From Pseudomonas phage HPP-Temi, in sequence record PP968062.1: 64,000 nucleotides of DNA; one strand, 5' to 3'. Each line of letters starts with the position of its first letter. Position 1 is the first letter of the stretch. The notes below the pieces were generated by a model that saw only the letters and a program-made list of their open reading frames with translations, ran no database searches and was not told the DNA's origin. Positions 49,200 through 58,576 of the stretch are shown piece by piece. The position numbers and the translations under genes are program-made.

Positions 49200-49643
49200 T
49201 TAAGCACTCATAGGTTTGCGCGAAACCACAAATGCAAATGAACCGTTCATATCGATCGGCCACATTGACAGTACATCCAGCAAGGGATTATTCAAGCTGA
49301 ATTCCTTGAAGACTTTATACATCTCCACCACATTGATGTTTTCATCGTCAAGCAGATCATCAGTAGCACCTGCTGATTCGAGGATGTGTTCTCCGAAGTT
49401 GTTCATGACTTCACGCTGGAAGTAGAACAGGATACGCTTCCGAATTTGTTCTACCGGAAGCTTAATATCCTTACCCACGGTACCCGCCAGTTCATCTTCT
49501 AGCGAGTCATCCACTTCTTTCTTATCGCGCTCCACGATCCAACGATCCTGGTAAAAGCGCAAGCCGAACCGCTCTGCATACAGAGCTCCAGCTATGGTTC
49601 CTGCAATGACGAGATCATGCATCATCTTCCGGGCCCAACCCAA
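49200..49643 (-). CDS. hypothetical protein (147 aa)
   Basis: ORF track. Confidence 0.55.
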   Translation of the reverse strand: MGWARKMMHDLVIAGTIAGALYAERFGLRFYQDRWIVERDKKEVDDSLEDELAGTVGKDIKLPVEQIRKRILFYFQREVMNNFGEHILESAGATDDLLDDENINVVEMYKVFKEFSLNNPLLDVLSMWPIDMNGSFAFVVSRKPMSA

Positions 49644-50397
49644 TCTGTTCTTTGGTTACGTATAACGGAGAGTTGATCTGCCGTTGATAAGCAGCTCGAT
49701 CTTCCGGTGGCAACATTGCCAGTTGGAGTTCCTGTTCTCGTTCAAGTCGGGCTTGTTCACGGAAAGGATTGTCTTCAGGTCTATACGGTTCACGTACATG
49801 AGGGCCATCAGCTACATCGCCAACATAAGGTGTGTCGGGGTTATCTCCCACTAGAACATAATAGCTGTCATACTGACCAACTGCAAAGTTCTCAATCTTA
49901 TCGATCAGACACCCGTTGTTTTCGAGGTCGTCGATTGCTGGTTTTAGACACTCTCCTAACATACCGGTAGTCTCAGCAAACTTAGCTTCCAGATAAACCA
50001 TCGTCGTAGGATCTTGTACCAATTGTGCTTTTACACTAGGGAAGTACTCATCGACGTAGTGAGCGAAACCCACGTTATCTTTGGCTGGAGCTGTGAGAAT
50101 GTACTCAACGTGTTTGTTAACGCAATCCTGCATCAAGGCAATGACCGAGTCTTCTTCAGCAACGTGATCGTTTTCGTTCTTCGGAACGTGGGACTGGATC
50201 ATTTTGTTTCGAACAACATCGGTCATCTGAACAATCTGCCGATCAATCACTTTCGAGTTGATCATGATCCCGCAAGTACGGGGACCAGCAGATTCTTGGA
50301 TCTGGGTTTGAGCGATGTGATGGGCTCTATTAGCCACACCAATTAGATCAATGGTGCCGTCCGAATTGAAGACACCGTGCATTGCTTGAACGTTCAT
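49615..50397 (-). CDS. hypothetical protein (260 aa)
   Basis: ORF track. Confidence 0.65.
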   Translation of the reverse strand: MNVQAMHGVFNSDGTIDLIGVANRAHHIAQTQIQESAGPRTCGIMINSKVIDRQIVQMTDVVRNKMIQSHVPKNENDHVAEEDSVIALMQDCVNKHVEYILTAPAKDNVGFAHYVDEYFPSVKAQLVQDPTTMVYLEAKFAETTGMLGECLKPAIDDLENNGCLIDKIENFAVGQYDSYYVLVGDNPDTPYVGDVADGPHVREPYRPEDNPFREQARLEREQELQLAMLPPEDRAAYQRQINSPLYVTKEQIGLGPEDDA

Positions 50398-50906
50398 TTG
50401 GGAGCCTCCACTGAAAGCACCATTATTGAGAGTTTGTATTTGTCATAACCTACTACGTTCACAGTAGAAATTATCTCTGATTTCTCCAGGAACGAACGGA
50501 GGGTTGAAACCATATCGTCTTTGTAGGTGCTTACGCAGACATCCATCAATTCTCGAAAACGGAGCCGCCAGTCGACTGCTTCACCATCGTCGTTAATCGT
50601 CTTTATGATGTCCTGACCATCGAAATCTTCGCTAATGAGGGAAAGATATGCATCCTCCAAATAAATCTCGTAGAAGCTCTCCCAGACGGGTAAGTGGAAG
50701 TGTCCGACGTACTGCCGAACACAGTCGGCAAAATAAGTCAGAACTCGCTTAACTAGAAGCGCGTTTTCTTCCTTTACCAACTGGTCGACTAAAGTCTTCG
50801 ATTCGAAAACTAGTAACGATCGCATGCTGTTGCCACTTACTCCCATAGTACTCCAACAGGAACCGAGCAGCTGTACCCTTGAACATAATCGGGAAGATCG
50901 TCGCAA
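50394..50906 (-). CDS. hypothetical protein (start uncertain)
   Basis: ORF track; overlaps next ORF by up to 158 nt, internal Met candidates. Confidence 0.45.
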   Translation of the reverse strand: MRRSSRLCSRVQLLGSCWSTMGVSGNSMRSLLVFESKTLVDQLVKEENALLVKRVLTYFADCVRQYVGHFHLPVWESFYEIYLEDAYLSLISEDFDGQDIIKTINDDGEAVDWRLRFRELMDVCVSTYKDDMVSTLRSFLEKSEIISTVNVVGYDKYKLSIMVLSVEAPK

Positions 50907-51234
50907 TCCCTCTTGGCAATGAGCGCAGGAAGGTTATCGCGTGTTCTAGGAACAACTCTTGGTATCTCTCTGCCAGTTTACCATTATAGCTAAATTGTGG
51001 GATATCTACATCCGTCGGTATTACCTCTGGGTTCTGGTTAAGCTTCCTAGAAACCTCTAAGACCCAAACAATCACATCATCCCAAACACCACCGGGGCCG
51101 TAACCTTTGAACTCCTTCTTTTTAAAGATGGTTCTATGAAGACGTTCTAGCTCCTCGTAGTTAGGGAAGAATATCCCCAAGTCCATCGAGAAGACTAGGG
51201 ACGCGGGTAGCGATGACATACACTGCATCTCCAT
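50749..51234 (-). CDS. hypothetical protein (start uncertain)
   Basis: ORF track; overlaps both neighbours. Confidence 0.45.
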   Translation of the reverse strand: MEMQCMSSLPASLVFSMDLGIFFPNYEELERLHRTIFKKKEFKGYGPGGVWDDVIVWVLEVSRKLNQNPEVIPTDVDIPQFSYNGKLAERYQELFLEHAITFLRSLPRGIATIFPIMFKGTAARFLLEYYGSKWQQHAIVTSFRIEDFSRPVGKGRKRASS

Positions 51235-51541
51235 AGGTTCTTAGGTAACGGAGTTCGATGACATGATCTGGGAGGACTGAAAGGATCTCACTCATCTGCT
51301 TGCGGATTGTTCGGACAAGATGCTTACCAGTATCTGCGTCCATGAAGACTTCAGTAATAATAGCATCGTCGTCCAGGTCAGTTCCGTGTCCTATCTCCGC
51401 TTCAGCCATTAGGATAGCTAAAGCGTTGATATCGGATACCGTGAAACCAGCCAGATCAGCCCATGATTCAACTTGCCTTGAGCGAGGACCATAGAGTACG
51501 TCCATGGATAGCCTCACGAATATCGTTTCACGCAACTTCAT
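51161..51541 (-). CDS. hypothetical protein (126 aa)
   Basis: ORF track. Confidence 0.5.
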   Translation of the reverse strand: MKLRETIFVRLSMDVLYGPRSRQVESWADLAGFTVSDINALAILMAEAEIGHGTDLDDDAIITEVFMDADTGKHLVRTIRKQMSEILSVLPDHVIELRYLRTYGDAVYVIATRVPSLLDGLGDILP

Positions 51542-51962
51542 ACTCCACTATTAAGTAGACTGTATCGGATTTCTCATCAAAGTAAACTTTTCTATTCCGA
51601 TAGTCCAGAACCAACGCATCCGGAATCATGTAACCAATTGCCTTTACCCGGTTCATCACGAACTGTACGATCTTGTCATCGAGCTCAACTCTTCTCTCTT
51701 CCGGTACCTCTTGCAGTGTACGATAACCGAATATCAGTAGAATCGAGTCTTCCAGATTGCTTACTTTGTAACGTCCAGTTTCAGGATCAAACCCGATACC
51801 ATGATCTACTTGCCAACAGATCGTACTGGCAATAAGATCCACGATACCATCAGTACCGATATAGTCCCGGATCTCATAGAAGCTCTCGTCGATGAGCCCA
51901 ATGAAGTCCGAACCTTTGAAAGTTAATAATAGCTGTTCTTTCACGATTTGACACTCCGGCAT
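51528..51962 (-). CDS. hypothetical protein (144 aa)
   Basis: ORF track. Confidence 0.6.
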   Translation of the reverse strand: MPECQIVKEQLLLTFKGSDFIGLIDESFYEIRDYIGTDGIVDLIASTICWQVDHGIGFDPETGRYKVSNLEDSILLIFGYRTLQEVPEERRVELDDKIVQFVMNRVKAIGYMIPDALVLDYRNRKVYFDEKSDTVYLIVEYEVA

Positions 51963-51965
51963 AAA

Positions 51966-51989
51966 GCCTCCAATAAAGGAGGCCCTATG
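51966..51989 (-). terminator. hairpin GCCTCC-aataaa-GGAGGC + CCTATG
   Basis: 6-bp stem with CATAAAG 5' flank; 3' of 51990..53009. Confidence 0.55.
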
Positions 51990-53009
51990 TTAGTTGTTTT
52001 CCAAATACCAGCGTTCTGCGATAGCACGTTGTTCCGGAGGCAGGTAATCGTTACGGAGGAAAGATGCAACGAGATCCATCATTTCTTTTTCAGTGCGATC
52101 AGTGACTTTGGTTTCATACAAAGCCAAGATGTTACTGGAGCTGTATTCCAAGCTGTACTTCTTATCACGTTTAACGTAAGTAGAGAAGTAGCTCAGGCCA
52201 AATGCTGCAATGACCTTACGCACGTAGTTCTGTTTGAAGTCCTCCATGTTGGCAATACCAACCAGAGCAAACATGTCATCGTTCAGTTGGGGACAGATCG
52301 GGTCCAGATGAATCATCGGATACATCGTGGTCAGGGTATCCAGGAAGACCGCAGCCATTGCACGGTTAGGATTCTGTAGGAAGTCGATTACTCGTTGAAC
52401 ACGAGCAGGTGTACGTTGTTTACCCATCATTGCAACTGCGCGAGTCAGGGTGTTCGGATCACGCATCACTGCGCCAAATGTACGCATGAACTCGCTATGC
52501 AGATACGATACCAACGAGGTACAGTTCAGAGCGATCTCAGCATGACTATCATCGTTGTGTTGATCAGTCAGTCGATAGTATTCTTGAATACGATGGTCTT
52601 CACCTTCAGCCAGGCCGATCAAGCCACCAACGCTAACCGGTTTCCACTCAATGTAGGTACGACGATCGATGTGATGTTCGAGTTGTTTATCAATCTCGAT
52701 ATTCACGCCTTCCCAGATTGCGTCACTAGCGAAAGCCTTATAGACTTCCAATTGTTTCTCATCTAGGGTTCCAGGTTGAACACCAAACAGTGCTCCTGCT
52801 TTATAAGCTTCATAGTCGATCTCGGTTTCGAATGCACTCCGGCTAGTAAGGATCTCTTTAACAGTCAGGAATACCAACTGAGTTGCGGTACTACGAGTAG
52901 GCCGCGGGAGAACCAGTTGTGGATTGCTTTTAGTAAAGTGTTCGAGATACGCAAACAGGACATCTACCTGTGGTTGAATCTCTAGCACTACAAACCGTTT
53001 GGACGACAT
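51990..53009 (-). CDS. hypothetical protein (339 aa)
   Basis: ORF track. Confidence 0.7.
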   Translation of the reverse strand: MSSKRFVVLEIQPQVDVLFAYLEHFTKSNPQLVLPRPTRSTATQLVFLTVKEILTSRSAFETEIDYEAYKAGALFGVQPGTLDEKQLEVYKAFASDAIWEGVNIEIDKQLEHHIDRRTYIEWKPVSVGGLIGLAEGEDHRIQEYYRLTDQHNDDSHAEIALNCTSLVSYLHSEFMRTFGAVMRDPNTLTRAVAMMGKQRTPARVQRVIDFLQNPNRAMAAVFLDTLTTMYPMIHLDPICPQLNDDMFALVGIANMEDFKQNYVRKVIAAFGLSYFSTYVKRDKKYSLEYSSSNILALYETKVTDRTEKEMMDLVASFLRNDYLPPEQRAIAERWYLENN

Positions 53010-53025
53010 TGTATTGCTCCGTTTG

Positions 53026-53430
53026 TTAATTGATAGGTATTGACAAGTAGATTACAGAACCGATTCGTTTGTAACCAACATGCATCCCAGAAGCTTCCAC
53101 TGGAAGATTGAGTATGTTGTACAGTAATGATCGTGCATCGGTCTGGGCATTCATCCATTCGATTTCACGTTGGGTGTTCCTATAAGGAGCATACCCCATC
53201 ACGTAACAACATTGGAAAGAGTTTATGGAGTTCTGAATGAAATCATCGATCAACCGATTCTTTGCTTCGACTAATAGCCCAGCAATTTCCACAGTATCTA
53301 GTCCGACCATCTCACAAGCTTTGACTCTAGCTAAAGCCATGAAGGGCGGTCTAGTGATCTCATTAATGACTCCGATCAGATCGAAGGCATGTAACTGAAC
53401 TTGCCGTTGTACTTGAAAGTTTTGTAACAT
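53026..53430 (-). CDS. hypothetical protein (134 aa)
   Basis: ORF track; early-type promoter 28 nt upstream. Confidence 0.6.
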   Translation of the reverse strand: MLQNFQVQRQVQLHAFDLIGVINEITRPPFMALARVKACEMVGLDTVEIAGLLVEAKNRLIDDFIQNSINSFQCCYVMGYAPYRNTQREIEWMNAQTDARSLLYNILNLPVEASGMHVGYKRIGSVIYLSIPIN

Positions 53431-53451
53431 TTTAGTATTCCGGAAATCACT

Positions 53452-53486
53452 CAGAACTATGATATAGATTTGAAATCTTTTAAAAT
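53452..53486 (-). promoter_or_regulatory. early-type promoter motif (minus: ...AAGATTTCAAATCTATATCATAGTTCTG)
   Basis: Near-identical to copy at 43403-43436. Confidence 0.55.
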
Positions 53487-53577
53487 CGCCACAGAACCCC
53501 GTTGTATATGATACCCCTCCTGGGTATTATCTCCATTAGGGTTTATTCACTGGTGAGCTTCCTAGGGGCGTTAAAAC

Positions 53578-54390
53578 ATGAATGCTATTCAATACGCACT
53601 TCGCGATTTGCCTTTCCGGATCCCCCGTCAGATTCTAGAGTCTGTTTTCATTGGTAAAGAAGCAGCAGAGAATGCTGCTGTTTGCGGTGAAGTAATTTCT
53701 CTAGAAACCCGGATTCGTGAGGCGGTATTAGAACCACGTGTCTTTGCAGACATGAACTTGATTGGCGGTAGTAAGACTTACATTCCGCTGGACTTCCCTG
53801 TTAAGTCCGAGTACGTCGATCCGTACACAGTTATTTACTACATCCCCGATGAGTATACCCAACAACGTCCCATTGTTCAGGTATTTAGTATCCACTTCGG
53901 TATCCTGGGTTACCAGAACTCTGGGTATGCCATGCATTACAACGAATCCACAATCGGTGCTGAATCTCGTAAGGTACTGGACTCTGCTCGTCGTTTGCCT
54001 GTAGCTCAGACTGCTTACATCAACTTGATCAACCATAACACCGTAATGGTTCGCTTCATCTATTTACCTTCGCACGCTGCCTATCTAGCATGCCGTTTGG
54101 GTAACGATGACGAGCTGTTGAATATTCGTCCTCAAGCAATTCCCGTTTTCTCTAAGCTCGTTGAGTATGCTGTTAAGGCTTACTGCTATAATGAGCTATA
54201 CATCAGCATGGGCGAGGCTCAGTTGTCTGGTGGTCAAGAGCTCGGTGTATTCCGTGATAAGGTTTACGAATGGTCTGAAGCAAATGATCTCTATGACGAG
54301 CAGCTGAAGAAGTGGAGGAAGGTATCCCGGAACTTCAATGATCCTGAAGGTAACCGACACCATATCCGTACAATCATGGCGGCGCCTTAA
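53578..54390 (+). CDS. hypothetical protein (270 aa)
   Basis: ORF track. Confidence 0.7.
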   Translation: MNAIQYALRDLPFRIPRQILESVFIGKEAAENAAVCGEVISLETRIREAVLEPRVFADMNLIGGSKTYIPLDFPVKSEYVDPYTVIYYIPDEYTQQRPIVQVFSIHFGILGYQNSGYAMHYNESTIGAESRKVLDSARRLPVAQTAYINLINHNTVMVRFIYLPSHAAYLACRLGNDDELLNIRPQAIPVFSKLVEYAVKAYCYNELYISMGEAQLSGGQELGVFRDKVYEWSEANDLYDEQLKKWRKVSRNFNDPEGNRHHIRTIMAAP

Positions 54391-54408
54391 GAGCGAAGGT
54401 GTTTTTAT

Positions 54409-55326
54409 ATGTTCGAGTCTCTACTCGCTACATTAGTTAAAGCTAATCTTGGGTGGCAGGGGATTCCCGTACAGGGTCCTAACATGCCTGTTACTCGGGT
54501 AGGTGCGCCTGCAACTCTACTTAATGGTAAAGTGTATATTGCAGGTGGTGGCACGCAAGGTGGGACAAACGGCATATCCACCACGACATTAATGACGTAT
54601 GATCTCGCCACTGGTACGTATGATCAAAACTTCAGTACTGTTCCATCGTCTGTATATTTCTCTGGTATCGTTAATGACGGAACTTATCTATATCACCTAG
54701 GTGGGGCTACATTCCCTGGTAATGCTGTTAATAGCACCTTTGTTAGAATTGATCCAGTTACAAAAGAAAAGCTGGTTTTGAAATCGCCACCGGTGGCACG
54801 GTATGATTTCCATATGTTCTATGAGTCAGGCTTTATTTACACGTATGGCGGTACCCCGTCAAACGACGTGCTAATGAAATATAATATCGCTACTGACACA
54901 TGGGAAACTGTAACCCAGCCAACTCTTCGTCCGCCAGCTAGAACTTCTTCTGCTAGTGTTTATTTGAATGGTAAATTCTATCTAATTGGTGGCGTTAGTA
55001 ATCGTAGCGATTTCTGGGAATATACGTTGTCCACAAATACGTGGGTACAACTAAGTAACTTCCCGATCACTACCTGGGTTGGTAGTGGTTTCACTATGGA
55101 AGGTCGGATATTCCTGATGCCTGGTGCACCATTAATCAATAACAGCGCTAATAAAAATATCTACGAATATTTGCCCAATGAGAATAAATGGGTATTGTTC
55201 AAGAACGTAGCTAACATTGTATTCAATTCGAGTATAGTGTCAGATGGAAAGCGTTTGTATTGTTTCGGTGGATCTGGTAACAGTTCTGTTAACGCAGCCA
55301 GTAACGCAATGTATTATCTAAAGTAA
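54409..55326 (+). CDS. Kelch-repeat beta-propeller protein with MFESLL N-terminus (possible fiber/adhesin)
   Basis: Repeated ...Y.AGG..., GG...Y.YD..T..W units; N-terminal MFESLLATL shared with 12469..13122. Confidence 0.65.
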   Translation: MFESLLATLVKANLGWQGIPVQGPNMPVTRVGAPATLLNGKVYIAGGGTQGGTNGISTTTLMTYDLATGTYDQNFSTVPSSVYFSGIVNDGTYLYHLGGATFPGNAVNSTFVRIDPVTKEKLVLKSPPVARYDFHMFYESGFIYTYGGTPSNDVLMKYNIATDTWETVTQPTLRPPARTSSASVYLNGKFYLIGGVSNRSDFWEYTLSTNTWVQLSNFPITTWVGSGFTMEGRIFLMPGAPLINNSANKNIYEYLPNENKWVLFKNVANIVFNSSIVSDGKRLYCFGGSGNSSVNAASNAMYYLK

Positions 55327-55341
55327 AAAAAATAAAGCATA

Positions 55342-55369
55342 GCCCCTACCCGAAGGTAGGGGCTTTATG
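55342..55369. terminator. hairpin GCCCCTACC-cgaa-GGTAGGGGC + CTTTATG; A8 tract upstream
   Basis: Exact copy of stem-loop at 44542; between convergent genes. Confidence 0.75.
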
Positions 55370-55372
55370 CCA

Positions 55373-55603
55373 TTACGATAAACGTTCCAAACAATCCAGA
55401 ACATCGACCGGATCACACTTCATGCAGAGGAGATCAGAAACCGAAGCAGAAGACTCGGCTACGAGTTCCAGATTCCCGTCGTTGATGATGACCTTATCAC
55501 CCTGAACAAAGACATCCCAATCACCATAGGTCCAACGACCTTGAGGATTGGCTTCAACAACACGTTTGGTTTCAGCTTGAACTTTATCGAAGAAAGCTTG
55601 CAT
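55373..55603 (-). CDS. hypothetical small protein
   Basis: ORF track 55373..55696; internal ATG at 55603 with AAGGAAT SD avoids overlap. Confidence 0.5.
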   Translation of the reverse strand: MQAFFDKVQAETKRVVEANPQGRWTYGDWDVFVQGDKVIINDGNLELVAESSASVSDLLCMKCDPVDVLDCLERLS

Positions 55604-55614
55604 GTTGATATTCC

Positions 55615-55839
55615 TTATACGTTTTTCAGGATGGTTACGATCATCTGTTTCGGAGTTACACCCAGACCCAAGCAATAACGACGGAACGTATCGCAAGGTT
55701 GAGTGGCTTTCCGGTCAATGACGTTAAGATGGAAGCACATGTTACCACGGGCATCCAAGATGGTTACGAACTTACTATTACTGGTTACTCGGTAATCACG
55801 ACCGAGAACCTTTACGGTTTTGTACGCATGGCTATTCAT
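55615..55839 (-). CDS. hypothetical small protein (74 aa)
   Basis: ORF track. Confidence 0.4.
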   Translation of the reverse strand: MNSHAYKTVKVLGRDYRVTSNSKFVTILDARGNMCFHLNVIDRKATQPCDTFRRYCLGLGVTPKQMIVTILKNV

Positions 55840-55922
55840 GTCGTGATACCTTTAGGGTTTATTATCACGTTTGTAATATAGCCTTTAAATTGGTTTGAAT
55901 GTAAAAAGAAAAACGGAATAAA

Positions 55923-55942
55923 GCCCACCCCGAAGGGTGGGC
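55923..55942 (-). terminator. hairpin GCCCACCC-cgaa-GGGTGGGC
   Basis: 8-bp stem, ATAAAG 5' flank, 3' of 55962..56468. Confidence 0.65.
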
Positions 55943-55961
55943 TATTCTTTAGCAAGTCTAA

Positions 55962-56390
55962 TCACCAGTAGCGGCGAAGGAAGACATCGAGATCTTGTAC
56001 AGCGCGATGGTCTTTAGCACGGATTTTGGGGTCACGTGTTTCCACCTTCTCCAGAGCCTCAAAAGATTCTTTCAGATGGGTCGGATGGAGTACTTGAATC
56101 TCGTAGCTGTTAACTACTTGTTTCTGTTGCTCCGGTGTCATTTTCCGCAAACGGGTGAAATCGTAGAAGATGATGAACTTACCTTGATCATCTTCAGTCT
56201 CCTCGTTCCCTGCTTCAATCCAACGATTGTACTGAGCGGGGGTCAAGAAGATGTCGATGGTATTGACTTCCTTACGCAGGTTGTAAATAACCATTGCACT
56301 GAGGTGACCTAGAGCCATCTCTTCCGGTGGACACTTGTTGGTAGTTGCCCAGGTTTTCATGATTTCGACAATGTGTTCACGTTGGGACAT
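55962..56390 (-). CDS. hypothetical protein
   Basis: ORF track 55962..56468; internal Met MSQREHIV would avoid overlap. Confidence 0.5.
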   Translation of the reverse strand: MSQREHIVEIMKTWATTNKCPPEEMALGHLSAMVIYNLRKEVNTIDIFLTPAQYNRWIEAGNEETEDDQGKFIIFYDFTRLRKMTPEQQKQVVNSYEIQVLHPTHLKESFEALEKVETRDPKIRAKDHRAVQDLDVFLRRYW

Positions 56391-56416
56391 GTGGGTTACT
56401 CGATAGTGATTACATA

Positions 56417-56665
56417 TCAGTAGTTTTGGAGTGTCTTTCCAATACAGAACTGAGCCGTGCTGATCCACTGCCGAACCTCACCCTGCGTAGAGGTGAGCTC
56501 GATCTCATCTCCTTTCAATGTAGCGGTGAGGTACTCTTTAGTATGTCCACGCGACCGACTGGTCAGAGTGATAACGTCACCTTTCTTCTTTACAGCCAGG
56601 CGAGTATAGCTGTCACCCGCAACACAGGTTTCATCCAGCCCGAGATCGAGCCACTCGCGAATCAT
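56417..56665 (-). CDS. hypothetical small protein
   Basis: ORF track 56417..56770; internal Met MIREWLDL avoids 92-nt overlap. Confidence 0.45.
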   Translation of the reverse strand: MIREWLDLGLDETCVAGDSYTRLAVKKKGDVITLTSRSRGHTKEYLTATLKGDEIELTSTQGEVRQWISTAQFCIGKTLQNY

Positions 56666-56678
56666 TTCTTTAAGCTGT

Positions 56679-57245
56679 TCATGTGGGCTTTGCACAAGAC
56701 TTCTCCATTTCTTTAATTGCCAGTAGAATACCAGCACGTGATGGAACGGGTTCATCACCAGAGTAATCAAACGTCACTACCTTATTGGTGAGGTCGACCT
56801 CTACGGGCCATTGTCTCAGACGCGACGCGGTATGACGGATCCACAGAATATCCTTATCGATAGGAGAGCTGTAGAACTCCAGGTTATTATGCACACTGTC
56901 CTTCCACGATTCACGGGGAAGTTTGGACACCCAATCGACTACAGTCTTTTCGAACGAACGATTGACGATGAACTGTAGCGCGTTGTAGATTTCCTCTTGA
57001 ACACTTTCCTGATCTTCCGCCCAAAGGCAGTTGATGCGATCAAGACGTTTCGAAAGGGGATCAAGTTCAAACACAACGTCCGGGCACAGGCGTTTACTAG
57101 GATCAGTACCCTGCATCAAAATAGAACGTTGGTCCGGGGAATACCAGAGTTGGAGATGGCGTTTGGTCCGAGTATCGATACATGCAGAACGCTGACGGCC
57201 GAGAAGTCTCCAGATCTGGATCAGGGTAGCAATATCGTTAAACAT
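56679..57245 (-). CDS. hypothetical protein (188 aa)
   Basis: ORF track. Confidence 0.55.
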   Translation of the reverse strand: MFNDIATLIQIWRLLGRQRSACIDTRTKRHLQLWYSPDQRSILMQGTDPSKRLCPDVVFELDPLSKRLDRINCLWAEDQESVQEEIYNALQFIVNRSFEKTVVDWVSKLPRESWKDSVHNNLEFYSSPIDKDILWIRHTASRLRQWPVEVDLTNKVVTFDYSGDEPVPSRAGILLAIKEMEKSCAKPT

Positions 57246-57266
57246 TTCTGTCTCCTAAGGACATAT

Positions 57267-57296
57267 GCTCTCCCTTTCACGGGAGAGCATTTATGC
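57267..57296 (-). terminator. hairpin GCTCTCCC-tttcac-GGGAGAGC + CATTTATG
   Basis: 8-bp stem; stop codon of 57291..57788 embedded in TTTATG. Confidence 0.65.
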
Positions 57297-57788
57297 CGCT
57301 TTTTCTTTTGATGTTTCGGTTAGTAACACACCCCATCCGGGATGACTCTTTCGGTTGAACAGTAACGGCTTACTTCGTATATACGGAGCATCCTCTGTTA
57401 GAACGGTGAATGTACAATGACCGGGGTTGTCATCAATCTTGAAATAGAAGTTATCTTTCAGGTCATCTACCTTAGTAATGTTCAGTGGAATCAACATCCC
57501 ACCCCCATGAACATACCAACGTTTGTAAATCCTTTTAGCAAGCCTATCCTCGACCACGGGATTAGACTGGAACCGAGCTATCCTCAAACGCATTCCATTG
57601 ACTTCAGACCACGCATCAACTTTGTCGTAACATGTAACTCCGTCCTTCTGGAATACAAATACAAAGCCTTCAAGAACGCCGACTAGTGTGACGGCATGGT
57701 GTAACATCGCTGTGTAACTGGAGAGTTCGAGGTCAAGCTCAGCTGCCATTAGCTCATCGAGCTTTTTCGCTGCTGACTTAGCCATCAT
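57291..57788 (-). CDS. hypothetical protein (165 aa)
   Basis: ORF track. Confidence 0.6.
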   Translation of the reverse strand: MMAKSAAKKLDELMAAELDLELSSYTAMLHHAVTLVGVLEGFVFVFQKDGVTCYDKVDAWSEVNGMRLRIARFQSNPVVEDRLAKRIYKRWYVHGGGMLIPLNITKVDDLKDNFYFKIDDNPGHCTFTVLTEDAPYIRSKPLLFNRKSHPGWGVLLTETSKEKAA

Positions 57789-57865
57789 TCCTCCTTAGAG
57801 GTTCAATCAGGTTTCATTGGTGATTCCTTACTTCTGTGGGTTAGTACAAAGGATTGTGGTATCAG

Positions 57866-58303
57866 TTAAAGCTTCGCATAACGCTCATAGCGAGCGATAC
57901 CACGTTCACTGACGTCCTTACGCCACTTAACCATTTCAACGGCGTTCTGACGCGCTACAGTGGCCCAGCCGCGTGCATCATCCATACGGGTACGTTGTTG
58001 GATAGGGCTGCCCGACAATGCTTCGACGAACTCATCGTCAGGAAGATCTTCTTCTTTGTAGAAGGAATCGTCAGCCTGGATGAAATACACCAGATGCTGG
58101 AGAGCTGCTCGGGTTTCTGAATCGCTAACCAATGCCTTCATTGCAGAACGCATGGTGTTGTTATCGACATCACAGTAGATAGCCAGTTCGCCAATGGTAA
58201 TACGATCACCTTGGGAAACCGTACGCATCAGAGCTTCAGTACTATCAACAGCGATCTTTGTAAAACGTTCAGCGGTAAGCTTGATCATTTTTGTTCCCTG
58301 CAA
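57866..58303 (-). CDS. hypothetical protein (145 aa)
   Basis: ORF track. Confidence 0.6.
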   Translation of the reverse strand: MQGTKMIKLTAERFTKIAVDSTEALMRTVSQGDRITIGELAIYCDVDNNTMRSAMKALVSDSETRAALQHLVYFIQADDSFYKEEDLPDDEFVEALSGSPIQQRTRMDDARGWATVARQNAVEMVKWRKDVSERGIARYERYAKL

Positions 58304-58527
58304 ATGAAAACGATTTTGGTGGAACGGTTCACGTTACTCACATGGAGTTCGTTATTGTCTCCACGATGATAATCCGCGATCCAGTTATTACTGTTATACA
58401 AACTGCGGTGTTGCTGAACTACCGCTTTACATACATCAAGAGAAGACACAGGTACAGTTGATTCCTTTACCGATGGAAGTTCGCCAACCACGGCAGTAGA
58501 AATAACAGTAGCTAGAACCCAAGACAT
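58285..58527 (-). CDS. hypothetical small protein with hydrophobic N-terminus (signal/TM)
   Basis: ORF track; MSWVLATVISTAVVGELP. Confidence 0.45.
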   Translation of the reverse strand: MSWVLATVISTAVVGELPSVKESTVPVSSLDVCKAVVQQHRSLYNSNNWIADYHRGDNNELHVSNVNRSTKIVFICREQK

Positions 58528-58552
58528 AATTAATCTCCAAGACGGAATAAAA

Positions 58553-58570
58553 GGGGAGCCGAAGCTCCCC
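58553..58570 (-). terminator. hairpin GGGGAGC-cgaa-GCTCCCC
   Basis: 7-bp stem 3' of PhuZ gene. Confidence 0.6.
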
Positions 58571-58576
58571 AGTTAT

